From: Candidatus Bathyarchaeota archaeon
Lineage (GTDB): Archaea > Thermoproteota > Bathyarchaeia > Bathyarchaeales > Bathycorpusculaceae
Direction of reading: 5' to 3'
Assembly: GCA_963707955.1 (NCBI GenBank)
Contig: OY970176.1
Location: forward strand, 2,240,001-2,304,000
Length of the DNA: 64,000 nucleotides
The position numbers and the translations under genes were made by a program. Below the pieces are notes generated by a model, which was given only the letters and a program-made list of their open reading frames with translations, had not been told where the DNA came from and ran no database searches. Below are positions 1 to 8,779 of this stretch, in pieces; positions within the stretch are counted from its first letter, which is position 1; each line of letters starts with the position of its first letter.

Positions 1-2
1 TA

Positions 3-542
3 CTTGCGCCTTCAACGGTTGGTTCTCTGAAGGAAGAATGCAAGCCTGGAGACGTGGTGTTCGTCGACCAGTTCATAGATAGAACGACCAAACGAGAAGA
101 GTCATTCTATACACGAAAGCGCGTGTGCCACATATCAGTGGCCGAACCAATGTGTCCAGAGTTAAGGCGAACTCTGATAGAAGCAGCTGACAACGTAGAC
201 GTCAAAACTCACAACGCTGGCACGTATGTTTGTATAGAAGGGCCAAGGTTCTCGACGAAAGCGGAATCTAGATTGTTCAGGACTTGGGGAGCAGACGTCG
301 TAGGTATGACTCTTGTTCCAGAGTGCGTTCTTGCCCGAGAAGCGGAGATTTGCTATTCTTCAATTGCGACTGTTACTGACTACGACGCGTGGAAGGACCA
401 GCCTGTTACGGCGAATGAAGTTTTGAAGATTATGAGGGCGAACGTGGAAAAAGTCAAGAGCATAATTGCTGAAGCAGTTCCAAACATACCGAGAGAAAGA
501 AGATGCGAATGTAAGAGCGCATTGCAGAGTGCTCTGATCTGA
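3..542 (+). CDS. mtnP: S-methyl-5'-thioadenosine phosphorylase (5' end outside window)
   Basis: Motifs VGSL..PGD.VF.DQFID.T, YVCIEGPRFSTKAES, DVVGMT.VPE, VTDYD; frame open from position 3. Confidence 0.93.
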   Translation, partial: LAPSTVGSLKEECKPGDVVFVDQFIDRTTKREESFYTRKRVCHISVAEPMCPELRRTLIEAADNVDVKTHNAGTYVCIEGPRFSTKAESRLFRTWGADVVGMTLVPECVLAREAEICYSSIATVTDYDAWKDQPVTANEVLKIMRANVEKVKSIIAEAVPNIPRERRCECKSALQSALI

Positions 543-562
543 ATTGGCTTAGTAACAAGGGA

Positions 563-1102
563 ATGAAGAATGAAAACATGAGTCTCAGGTCGAAGATAAG
601 GCGAATACCCGAATTCAAAGGCGTTGTTTTCTGGGACATAACCCCGCTTTTGAAAGACAAGCACGCTTTTCGAGAATGCATCAAACAGTTGGCTGACCAT
701 TTTCGAGACAAAAAAGTGGACGTTGTAGTATCAAGTGAGGCTAGAGGTTTCATTTTGGGAGCAGCGGTAGCCTATGAACTTGAAGCCGGTTTTGTTCCTA
801 TCAGGAAGAAAGGAAAACTGCCTTCGAAGACGGTGAACCTGACTTACCAGAAGGAGTATGAGTCAGACACCATCGAGATTCATGAAGATGCTGTCGAACC
901 TGGTCAGAACGTTCTCCTTGTTGATGATTTGCTGGCAACAGGTGGCACTATCAAGGCAAACGCTGAATTAGTTGAAAAACTGGGCGGAAACATCGTTGGC
1001 ATGGGCTTTCTGATTGAACTCGGGTATCTTCACGGGAGAGAATCTCTCGGAGACAAATATGAAGTGTTCTCGATCATAAACTACGAGACCCCCAAAGAGT
1101 AA
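563..1102 (+). CDS. apt: Adenine phosphoribosyltransferase
   Basis: F.DITPLL, EARGFI, IRKKGKLP and PRPP-binding VLLVDDLLATGGT. Confidence 0.95.
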   Translation: MKNENMSLRSKIRRIPEFKGVVFWDITPLLKDKHAFRECIKQLADHFRDKKVDVVVSSEARGFILGAAVAYELEAGFVPIRKKGKLPSKTVNLTYQKEYESDTIEIHEDAVEPGQNVLLVDDLLATGGTIKANAELVEKLGGNIVGMGFLIELGYLHGRESLGDKYEVFSIINYETPKE

Positions 1103-1140
1103 TTCCCGCTGCCTACTTCTAAATAGTGGTCGTATGAGCT

Positions 1141-2214
1141 CTATTCCGTTAGTCCTCGGTTGTGTAGACGTTCGTGTTCCCATGTTGCGAAGTCTTGTGG
1201 TGGGCTGATGATTTGGTTGTCGGGTTTGCGTTTGAGTTGTGCTGCGTTGTTTGGGCAGCCGGTTACGCATAGTCCGCAGCCGATGCATCTTTTCTTATCC
1301 ACAACGGATGCGCCGTCTTGTTCAGTGATTGCGTGTACTTGGCATCTGGTTCTGCACGTTCCGCAGTTTAGGCATTCGTTTGGGTCTATTGTGGAGTAGT
1401 AGTTTGCGTGGGCAACGGAGTTTTCTATGCCCCATTCGTTGATGCCTCTGAGTATGCCGCAGCAGCAGCCGCAACAGTTGCACACGTAGCCCACACCCTT
1501 CATCACGTTACTGACGGTGTGAACTAACCCTATTTCCTCAGCCTTGTCGAGGAAAGCCAATGCTTCCTCTTTGGAGATGGTGTACCTGTGTGGAGGGCGC
1601 TCGTACGGCGAAAAGAACAGACAGGTCGTTAATGGAAACTTGCATTTGTGGCCGAGGTGCTTCTGCTGTATCCTGCAGACGCAATCACGTAAGCCAAACG
1701 ATTTGGACTCTAACAGTATTGATTTGACATCGTCGTATGGAAGAATAAGTTCGGATTTCATAGCTTTCTGCGCGGGGACTACACGGTGGAGAGCCGGCTG
1801 AGGCTTCATTATGCCGACTGCACCTCCATTCGCCAAGTATTCTTCGACGAGGTGAGCTAGTTCATGGTCCATGGTTTCCAGTTGGTCTTCGTAGATTCCG
1901 ACGACGAAGGGAGCGAGTCTAAAGGTCGGTCTTCCTTCTTTGTAATCACGCCACACGAGCCCCCGTCTGGCCATTTTTGTCAACTTTGCTTCAGCCTCTT
2001 TAACTGAGAGCCCAACCCTCTTGGCGATCGATTCGACTGGTTCTTGGGAACCGCTTAGCTGACTTGCGATCGTTGCCTCTTCAGGTGAGAATATCTTCTT
2101 CAGGACTCGAATCTCAACGTTTGATGGTGTTCTGGGAAAACCGTTCGGAAGGTGGTTCAAGGCTTCTGCAAGTTGATCATAAACTTCATCGACCAAACCT
2201 GTGTCTCTCCTCAC
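1141..2214 (-). CDS. 4Fe-4S dicluster-domain protein with N-terminal HTH-like region
   Basis: CxCR, CNCCGCCCG, two C-terminal CxxCxxCxxxC ferredoxin motifs. Confidence 0.85.
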   Translation of the reverse strand: MRRDTGLVDEVYDQLAEALNHLPNGFPRTPSNVEIRVLKKIFSPEEATIASQLSGSQEPVESIAKRVGLSVKEAEAKLTKMARRGLVWRDYKEGRPTFRLAPFVVGIYEDQLETMDHELAHLVEEYLANGGAVGIMKPQPALHRVVPAQKAMKSELILPYDDVKSILLESKSFGLRDCVCRIQQKHLGHKCKFPLTTCLFFSPYERPPHRYTISKEEALAFLDKAEEIGLVHTVSNVMKGVGYVCNCCGCCCGILRGINEWGIENSVAHANYYSTIDPNECLNCGTCRTRCQVHAITEQDGASVVDKKRCIGCGLCVTGCPNNAAQLKRKPDNQIISPPQDFATWEHERLHNRGLTE

Positions 2215-2348
2215 GTGAGAATCTTTCTTACATGCTTATTTAACGATAGTGCGCCGTTTGGCAAGAAACAACAGGATGTAATCTGCTAGAATCGCAGGTT
2301 TTCTTTTCTACGATTTTCGGGAGCGCGTGCTGCGATATTGTGTGTGGG

Positions 2349-2930
2349 CTAAGGTGTTTTGAGCATGCTGTAGTAGAATTCTTGCAGTTTGGTGATTTTG
2401 GGGGCGATGACTATCCTGCAGTAGGCTTGTTCTGGGTGACGTTTGAAATAGTCTTTGTGATAGTCTTCGGCCTCGTAGAAGGCTTTGAAGGGCTCTACTT
2501 TTGTCACTATGGGTGCATCCCACAGTTTTTCTTCAGTTATTTCTTTGATCACCTGTTCGGCGATTGATTTTTGTTCGTCGTCGTGGTAGAATATGACTGA
2601 ACGATACTGAGTACCAACGTCAGAGCCTTGGCGGTTTAACGTCGTCGGGTCATGCATGGTGAAGAAGATTTCCAGTATCTGCTTGAAGGAGATGACGTTA
2701 GGGTCAAATGTTATGTGCACAACTTCCGCGTGCCCTGTTGTCCCCGTTGACACTTGCTCATAAGTCGGGTTTGCCATGGTGCCGCCGGAATAGCCTGATT
2801 CAACTTTTTCCACACCTTTCAATTCGCTGAATATAGCTTCCATGCACCAGAAACAACCCCCTCCAAGGGTTGCCACTTCTCTTCGCGTCTGAGACGTGGG
2901 CTTCAGCCGTTCTTGACTCATGGTATTCAC
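2349..2930 (-). CDS. msrA: Peptide-methionine (S)-S-oxide reductase
   Basis: GGGCFWC active site, [30 protein letters not shown]. Confidence 0.96.
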   Translation of the reverse strand: MNTMSQERLKPTSQTRREVATLGGGCFWCMEAIFSELKGVEKVESGYSGGTMANPTYEQVSTGTTGHAEVVHITFDPNVISFKQILEIFFTMHDPTTLNRQGSDVGTQYRSVIFYHDDEQKSIAEQVIKEITEEKLWDAPIVTKVEPFKAFYEAEDYHKDYFKRHPEQAYCRIVIAPKITKLQEFYYSMLKTP

Positions 2931-3063
2931 GGTGGATGCTAAGATAATAAAGGGTTTGTATAGGCCAGTGACGGAGAAAGGATGTCGTGTGAGCCGAAGT
3001 TTTCAAAGCGCGCTCGCGAAAGTCAGAGCTCAAATCCTTAAAAGGCCCTTGCCTAAGTAACTA

Positions 3064-3732
3064 TTGTCTGCTTCAGCTATTGGGTGGTTTGAAAGGGTGT
3101 CTCGAGTGAAGAACGCACGTGAGTTTGATTTTCTCAGAACTTTGGCTTTGAATTTTGGGGCCACAGAGGCAAGAGTGATTCCTGCAGGTGCGGTGGTTGT
3201 TGAAAACAGGGTTGTTCTCAAATGCAGACTTGGATGCGACGATTATGGAAAGAAGCTGACCTGTCCACCATTCACTCCGAAGGTTGACGAATTTCGAAAA
3301 ATGTTGAAAGACTACAAATATGCTTTGATCGTCAAGTTCGAGTCTCCAGCCGAGGCTGACAAGGATGTTTCAAGAAGCCTGCTGAGAAGCCAATATGACT
3401 CCACGATGAGTAGAGCTCTGCGAGAAAAAGCATCAAAATTCTGGTCTGACTGGAAGAACGACAAGAAGAGAATCCTTCTGGCCGTTCTTGAACTTGAGAA
3501 GGCTGCTTTCAACAGAGGATATACGTTTGCAGTTGGATTCACTTCTGGTTCATGCGGCTTATGCGAAAAATGCAACGTGGAAGCTGGAATCTGCCTCCAC
3601 CCGACGATGGCCCGTTGTCCAGAACACGCCGTCGGAGTGAACATGAAAAAGACAACTGAAAAAGCAGGTATGCCCATAACCTTTCCAATCAAGGGAAAAC
3701 CCGAACCCACAGCGCTGCTGTTGATAGACTGA
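3064..3732 (+). CDS. DUF2284-family predicted metal-binding protein
   Basis: KC..GC..YG..LTCPP and G.C.LC..C....C.HP..AR...AVG patterns. Confidence 0.8.
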   Translation: MSASAIGWFERVSRVKNAREFDFLRTLALNFGATEARVIPAGAVVVENRVVLKCRLGCDDYGKKLTCPPFTPKVDEFRKMLKDYKYALIVKFESPAEADKDVSRSLLRSQYDSTMSRALREKASKFWSDWKNDKKRILLAVLELEKAAFNRGYTFAVGFTSGSCGLCEKCNVEAGICLHPTMARCPEHAVGVNMKKTTEKAGMPITFPIKGKPEPTALLLID

Positions 3733-4119
3733 GCATTCGTTTTCACTCGTCTGACCGTGGGTTATTCAGGGCGCGCAAACATAGTTGTGACAAATCGAAA
3801 TGCGCGTGACGCTACAAGTGCTCAGAAACCTGTACATTGGAAGAGTGATGCACGCTTCGCCAGATCAGTGGAAAAGGGACGTGATAGACCTGCTCAGGTT
3901 CAACTTGAAGACGCAGAATGAATGAGCGAAATGGGAAAAGAAAGAATCCGCCGAGAACCTGGCTTCCTAGAAGTCCGAGTCCAACGGCGTCAGTTTAAGG
4001 GTCAACATCATCTGTTGCCATGAAGGCTTACAGCTGCAAATCTGCTGGTTTACGATGAGTCTTTGGTCTTCAAGAATAGCGAGCTGCGTTGGACACTGCA
4101 AGAAGAATTGGCTTTTTCT

Positions 4120-4203
4120 TTACTTTCTTCTTACGTAACCCTTGACGTGTACTGTCTTGTGCTTATTGCCTGGTTTGGCTCGTCTGTACGCTTGTACTTT
4201 CAT
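4120..4203 (-). CDS. Candidate 27-aa basic micro-protein MKVQAYRRAKPGNKHKTVHVKGYVRRK
   Basis: Manual translation: ATG..TAA, two related V.(A/G)Y.R motifs, fills an otherwise empty intergenic gap. Confidence 0.45.
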   Translation of the reverse strand: MKVQAYRRAKPGNKHKTVHVKGYVRRK

Positions 4204-4408
4204 TTTCTCACTTGTGCATGATCAGAACGCTTATGCTAGAAAAGAGTTGTGAAGCGACGATTCAGAGTTCAAGTCTATGTTTTTGGCAGCTAGGATGGTT
4301 GTCGAATAATGTTTTGGATATCCCCTTGTACTTGGTCCGAGGACGCATACTCGTATTTTGATCCTTTTTGAAGAAGTGTTATAAGTTCAATGTTGGAACC
4401 ATCAGCAT

Positions 4409-4831
4409 ATGCCAGACAAGGTTCATTGCGCCCACATTCTTGTGAAGACAGAGCAGGAAGCCAAGTCCGTGCTCGACCATCTGAATAAGGGCGAAAAGTT
4501 CTCGAACGTAGCGAGGGAGGTGTCCCTGTGCCCGTCTGGAAAGCGTGGCGGAGACCTTGGAACTTTCACGAGGGGGAAGATGGTGCGAGAGTTCGAGACG
4601 GTCGCGTTTGCGCTTGAGAAGGGCCAGACGTCAGCCGTGGTGAGAACGAAGTTTGGTTGTCACATCATAAAGCGGTCTGGAGTAGAACACCAGATTTGCG
4701 GGATCGGATACTACCAGCCTTGCGCTCATACTCATTCAAGTACGACAGCGCGCGCGACAAACCAACTAGCGTGCACTGGGGGTTCCAGGTCCCGCATATA
4801 CTACTTATATTCGTGGGATTTGTTAAATTGA
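4409..4831 (+). CDS. Parvulin-type peptidyl-prolyl isomerase (tail apparently extended by a 1-nt insertion near 4677)
   Basis: HILVK, S.CPSG.RGGDLG.F.RG.MV.EFE..AF, T.FG.HIIK; removing one T gives the usual KRLE-stop at ~4685. Confidence 0.88.
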   Translation: MPDKVHCAHILVKTEQEAKSVLDHLNKGEKFSNVAREVSLCPSGKRGGDLGTFTRGKMVREFETVAFALEKGQTSAVVRTKFGCHIIKRSGVEHQICGIGYYQPCAHTHSSTTARATNQLACTGGSRSRIYYLYSWDLLN

Positions 4832-4844
4832 AAATGTAAATAAT

Positions 4845-5534
4845 ATGAAATCTGCTAAGATATTTTTTGATGAGTTCTCGAAGCAATATGAAGCTCAGAG
4901 TAGGAACAAATATCTATTCTACAGATGGACTGCAGATAATGTTATCAAACAAATAAACAAACAAAAATCTGTGATACTGGATTTGGGAACTGGAAACGGT
5001 GAAATAGCGATAAGGGTTGCGTTAAAGTTTCCCCATTCGAGCGTCATAGGAATAGACGTTTCTTCGGGCATGATAAATGAGGCAGAAGAGAAAGTGAGAA
5101 AAATAGGATTAAAAAATGTGAGATTCGTTGTTTCGCCAATGGAGAACTTGAAAATAGAAAGAGCCGGTTTTGTGGTATCTCACTTAGCCTTTCACCATGT
5201 TAAAAACAAACTATCAGTAGTGACAAAGATCTACAAAATTCTTCTCAGAAAAGGTAGAGTGATAATCGGTGACTGGTTCAAACCAACCATAGAATATGAA
5301 AAGGAAATAGAAAAGTTAAGAGCAAAGAATCCAACGTTATCGAAGAAATTCGACGAAAGTTGGCAAGATTTCATATCCGAGCCAAGCATGAGAGAATATC
5401 AAGAAAAACATCCGAAGGAATACCCCATCAGCCAGATTAAACTAAAAAACATGATAAAAAAAGCGGGGTTTAGAAAACAAGAAATAATCAAGATGCCAAT
5501 GGCTACGTTTGCAGTTGTTGTTGGAGAAAAGTAG
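4845..5534 (+). CDS. Class I SAM-dependent methyltransferase
   Basis: ILDLGTGNG, GIDVSSGM, AFHHV; AT-rich relative to flanks. Confidence 0.88.
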   Translation: MKSAKIFFDEFSKQYEAQSRNKYLFYRWTADNVIKQINKQKSVILDLGTGNGEIAIRVALKFPHSSVIGIDVSSGMINEAEEKVRKIGLKNVRFVVSPMENLKIERAGFVVSHLAFHHVKNKLSVVTKIYKILLRKGRVIIGDWFKPTIEYEKEIEKLRAKNPTLSKKFDESWQDFISEPSMREYQEKHPKEYPISQIKLKNMIKKAGFRKQEIIKMPMATFAVVVGEK

Positions 5535-5812
5535 GTTATCGCAATGGGTGGCGTGCATGTCTGTTCGGAAAATGGTCAAAATTCGGCTTTCACAACTGAG
5601 AATAGGACTGCCCTTACGTAGAAGATACGGAAACTCAAGCAATTCAAAACCGTTCTCAAAGCTCAAAAAGGAACAAAAATCATTTTTAGCCAATTTCGGG
5701 ACAAGGCAGCGCGCTTCGTAAACAAGTTCGAGCAACCGTTGATCGCGGTTTGAAGCAAAGTCTTATACAATTTGGGTCAAAACTAGCTATTCGCGGGTCT
5801 CAGGGGTTGTTC

Positions 5813-6556
5813 ATGGTCGGGTATGAGCATAGAGGCAAGACTTCAAAACCGTTTGTGAGTTTTTGGGAATCAATTACAAGCAAGGAAGGAGCAAAGGAGA
5901 GGGCACGCTGCGTGCTGGAACTCGTAAATGAATACTGCAAGCAGGCAAAGAAGATACTGGAAATAGGCTGCGGAATCGGAGAGGTCTTGGTTAATCTTCC
6001 TGAGAGATACGCTGTTTACGGTTTGGACGTTGAAAGAGACTACGTTGAGGTTTGCAGAAGGAGAATGCCCAGGGGCAAGTTTTTTGTTTTCAGCATGCAC
6101 AACTTTGAGATTGATGAGAAATTTGATGTCATATTCTCTGCTAACGATGCCGTTAACTTTTTGAAAGATTTTGCCCAGTGGAAATCAACGTTCAAGACGG
6201 TGAATGAGCATCTTAACAGGGATGGTCTGTTCATCTTTGATGTGTATACTCCGAAGATGCTGAGAGATACTGTTCATTGGTTGGAAAAATACAACAGGTG
6301 CACTTCATCCGTCAGGGAATTTGCCAAAGGATTCTACTATGACAGAGAATTAGTGAAGGGCAACACGCTGACCTGGGATTCTAGAATCTTTGAAAGACTT
6401 CCAAATGGACTTTATCAGCTTCACAAATACAGGTTTAAGGAAACAATGTACCCGGTTGCAAAGATGAAATCTGCCCTGTCTGAGTATTTCGAGATTGTTG
6501 AAGCCGATTTGAGAGAAGAAGGCAGGAAGATTCTGTTTGTCTGCAGGAAAAATTGA
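5813..6556 (+). CDS. Class I SAM-dependent methyltransferase
   Basis: ILEIGCGIG, GLDV, FDVI, HLN.DGLFIFD. Confidence 0.88.
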   Translation: MVGYEHRGKTSKPFVSFWESITSKEGAKERARCVLELVNEYCKQAKKILEIGCGIGEVLVNLPERYAVYGLDVERDYVEVCRRRMPRGKFFVFSMHNFEIDEKFDVIFSANDAVNFLKDFAQWKSTFKTVNEHLNRDGLFIFDVYTPKMLRDTVHWLEKYNRCTSSVREFAKGFYYDRELVKGNTLTWDSRIFERLPNGLYQLHKYRFKETMYPVAKMKSALSEYFEIVEADLREEGRKILFVCRKN

Positions 6557-6580
6557 AAGCGCGCGCTATAGGTCCCCTTT

Positions 6581-6655
6581 TTAGTGGCGAACCCCTGTTA
6601 CCCGTCGTCTAGCTTGTCTCTTCAAATATTTCGTGTACCTTCTGTGATAAGGCAA
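6581..6655 (-). CDS. Candidate 24-aa Arg-rich micro-protein (TTG start) MPYHRRYTKYLKRQARRRVTGVRH
   Basis: Manual translation; strongly basic composition. Confidence 0.3.
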   Translation of the reverse strand: MPYHRRYTKYLKRQARRRVTGVRH

Positions 6656-6908
6656 GTCTGAATCAACAAAAGAAAAATGGCAATCACCATAGGGCCCGTT
6701 TTGGCAAAACTGCATCAGGGCTCGTTTCAGAACTTGGAAAACTCTTATGGACCCGTTGTGAATCGTATCCGACGGAAAGTAACAAGGAGAACAATCCGAC
6801 GAAGAGGTAACAGAACCCTTTTGCAAAACAAGTCATCTCTGAGCAACAAGCTATCCATCTGGTCAAAAGGTTTTATTCTTGATGAACTATTATAAATGGT
6901 AAAGTGAG

Positions 6909-7277
6909 ATGACATTGGTCAAAGTGACGATCAAGCCTTGGGAAGAAATAGTGATCCATGAGTCTATCCGTTACGAGCTTGATGATTTCATTAAATTGTG
7001 TTGTATTGGGATTCAAGCTGGTGGTTTGGCTGAACCGTTGCAGTGGGCTGACGGTGTAGTTTTCCGTCACATGCCTATGCCCCCGACTGAGGATGTAGTT
7101 AGGGAGATGCTTGCGGGCAAAGTGCATTGGAACGCAATTGGGTGGGCTTTGATGCCTAAGTATCAGCCCGTTTACATCATTAACGAGATAAATGCGAGGA
7201 TTCCGATAGTCAATGTGAGTACCACGGCAGGGATAATTGATGTTGTTAAGGCACTCAAAGATTCGGTGAAAAGTTAG
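6909..7277 (+). CDS. Hypothetical protein (archaeal-type, ~120 aa)
   Basis: Clean ORF with upstream TTATAAA box; PWEEIVIHE...L.WADGVVF pattern. Confidence 0.7.
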   Translation: MTLVKVTIKPWEEIVIHESIRYELDDFIKLCCIGIQAGGLAEPLQWADGVVFRHMPMPPTEDVVREMLAGKVHWNAIGWALMPKYQPVYIINEINARIPIVNVSTTAGIIDVVKALKDSVKS

Positions 7278-7384
7278 CATCAACCGATTTTTGACAAGGA
7301 CAAGCATCAACCGCAGACTTGACAGAACCTCACGGTTCACACTTTAAATAATAGGCTGAGTGCGGTTATAGGTAGACGATAAGA

Positions 7385-7486
7385 ATGATTGAAGAACCTA
7401 TTTTTGACGATGATGAACCGTGGCTAGATGACGATGAAGACCAAGATGAACCGCAAGAACCAATTGAAGGGACTGAAGAGTCATAG
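7385..7486 (+). CDS. Candidate 33-aa acidic micro-protein MIEEPIFDDDEPWLDDDEDQDEPQEPIEGTEES
   Basis: Manual translation; upstream TTTAAATA box at ~7343. Confidence 0.4.
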   Translation: MIEEPIFDDDEPWLDDDEDQDEPQEPIEGTEES

Positions 7487-7700
7487 GTGAAAAACAGCAA
7501 ATGCTGCATCCCTTGATTTTCACAGGAGGGCAATATCAACGGATTTTTTAGAGCTCATCTGGTTGTGCATGGTGTTCGGCAGACGAACAGTATGGGCTCG
7601 TTTTCCGTGCGCGAACCATATAAGATTGCTTATGTAGATTGTAGGCTCTAACCTATCAGACCTATAAGAAACAATGGACATAGATAGACTCGGTAAGAAT

Positions 7701-7760
7701 ATGCCAAAGAAAAGAGCACACGCAGGACTCAAGAAGAAGAAGAAACGTCAAGAAACATAA
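7701..7760 (+). CDS. Candidate 19-aa basic micro-protein MPKKRAHAGLKKKKKRQET
   Basis: Manual translation; upstream TATAAG at ~7663. Confidence 0.3.
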   Translation: MPKKRAHAGLKKKKKRQET

Positions 7761-7959
7761 TCAACGCACCGCGCTAATAGAATGAGAACAATATCGCCTC
7801 CATCACCCGACTGTTAACACGAAGAACGATCACCCGCCAAGTTACCAGAACCGAAGATAAGAAGAGATTTAAGAATCATCTAGGCAAAGCACTGAAACAG
7901 GTTGATTCTTCAGATCAACTGGCACTGATCTAGAGCTCCGATTGAGGGATAGTAGAAAA

Positions 7960-8745
7960 ATGTGTGGAATATTCGGTTTTTCATTAAGAAAACCTGTGTC
8001 CATGAACAAAGTCTTCAAGGTTCTTCAAAAACTGGAGGTCCATCAGCTTCCGCATGAGCCACGGCCCGTCGGCGGTTACGGTGCCGGCGTCGCCGTGCTC
8101 CTGGAAGATGGCGACCTCCTAGTCGAAAAAGTTGGAAAGATCGATGGATCCCCTGCTTGCCACCTGCCTGAAATCGTCAATGTCAAGAACGCCTCCGTCC
8201 TGCTTGGACACGTAAGAATGCCGAGCCCAGAGTTCATGAGCACGGCTAAGTTCAAAGAGACTGCACAGCCCTACGTCGTTGAACGCGACCCAGGGTTAAC
8301 AGTAGCCTCAGTTCACAACGGGAAAATGGAAAATTATGAAGAGATCAGAAAAAAGTTCGGTGCCGGACACGTTTTCGAATCTGAGAAGGTTGAACTCATC
8401 GATTCAGAGGTCATTCCGCATTTTTTCGAAGAGATGCTCAACGAAAAAGGAGACGTTACTGAAGCCCTTTACGGGTTTTTCTGTGCGTTGAAGGGCTCAA
8501 ACGCAGTGGCTATGCTGCAGCTAGGAGAGGAGAACTCATTTCTGCATCTGGTTCACAAAGGAAAAACGAGGGGCCTAACGGTCTGGACCAGCGAAAAAGG
8601 CGAGGTAATCTTCTGCTCAAGGAAACCACCGTTAGTAGAGGAATTCGGGAAAACACTTGAAACAGGAAAGTTCAGAGAGACGGTTTCAATACGGTACCGC
8701 GAAAGCGTTGGTCTGATACTGTCCTACCCGTTGCCGCGAAGATAA
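7960..8745 (+). CDS. Class II glutamine amidotransferase-domain (Ntn) protein
   Basis: N-terminal MCGIFG, GHVR, AQP, VHNG..EN, DSEVI. Confidence 0.88.
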   Translation: MCGIFGFSLRKPVSMNKVFKVLQKLEVHQLPHEPRPVGGYGAGVAVLLEDGDLLVEKVGKIDGSPACHLPEIVNVKNASVLLGHVRMPSPEFMSTAKFKETAQPYVVERDPGLTVASVHNGKMENYEEIRKKFGAGHVFESEKVELIDSEVIPHFFEEMLNEKGDVTEALYGFFCALKGSNAVAMLQLGEENSFLHLVHKGKTRGLTVWTSEKGEVIFCSRKPPLVEEFGKTLETGKFRETVSIRYRESVGLILSYPLPRR

Positions 8746-8779
8746 AGAATAAAACTTTCGATCACCATCGTTTCAGCTT

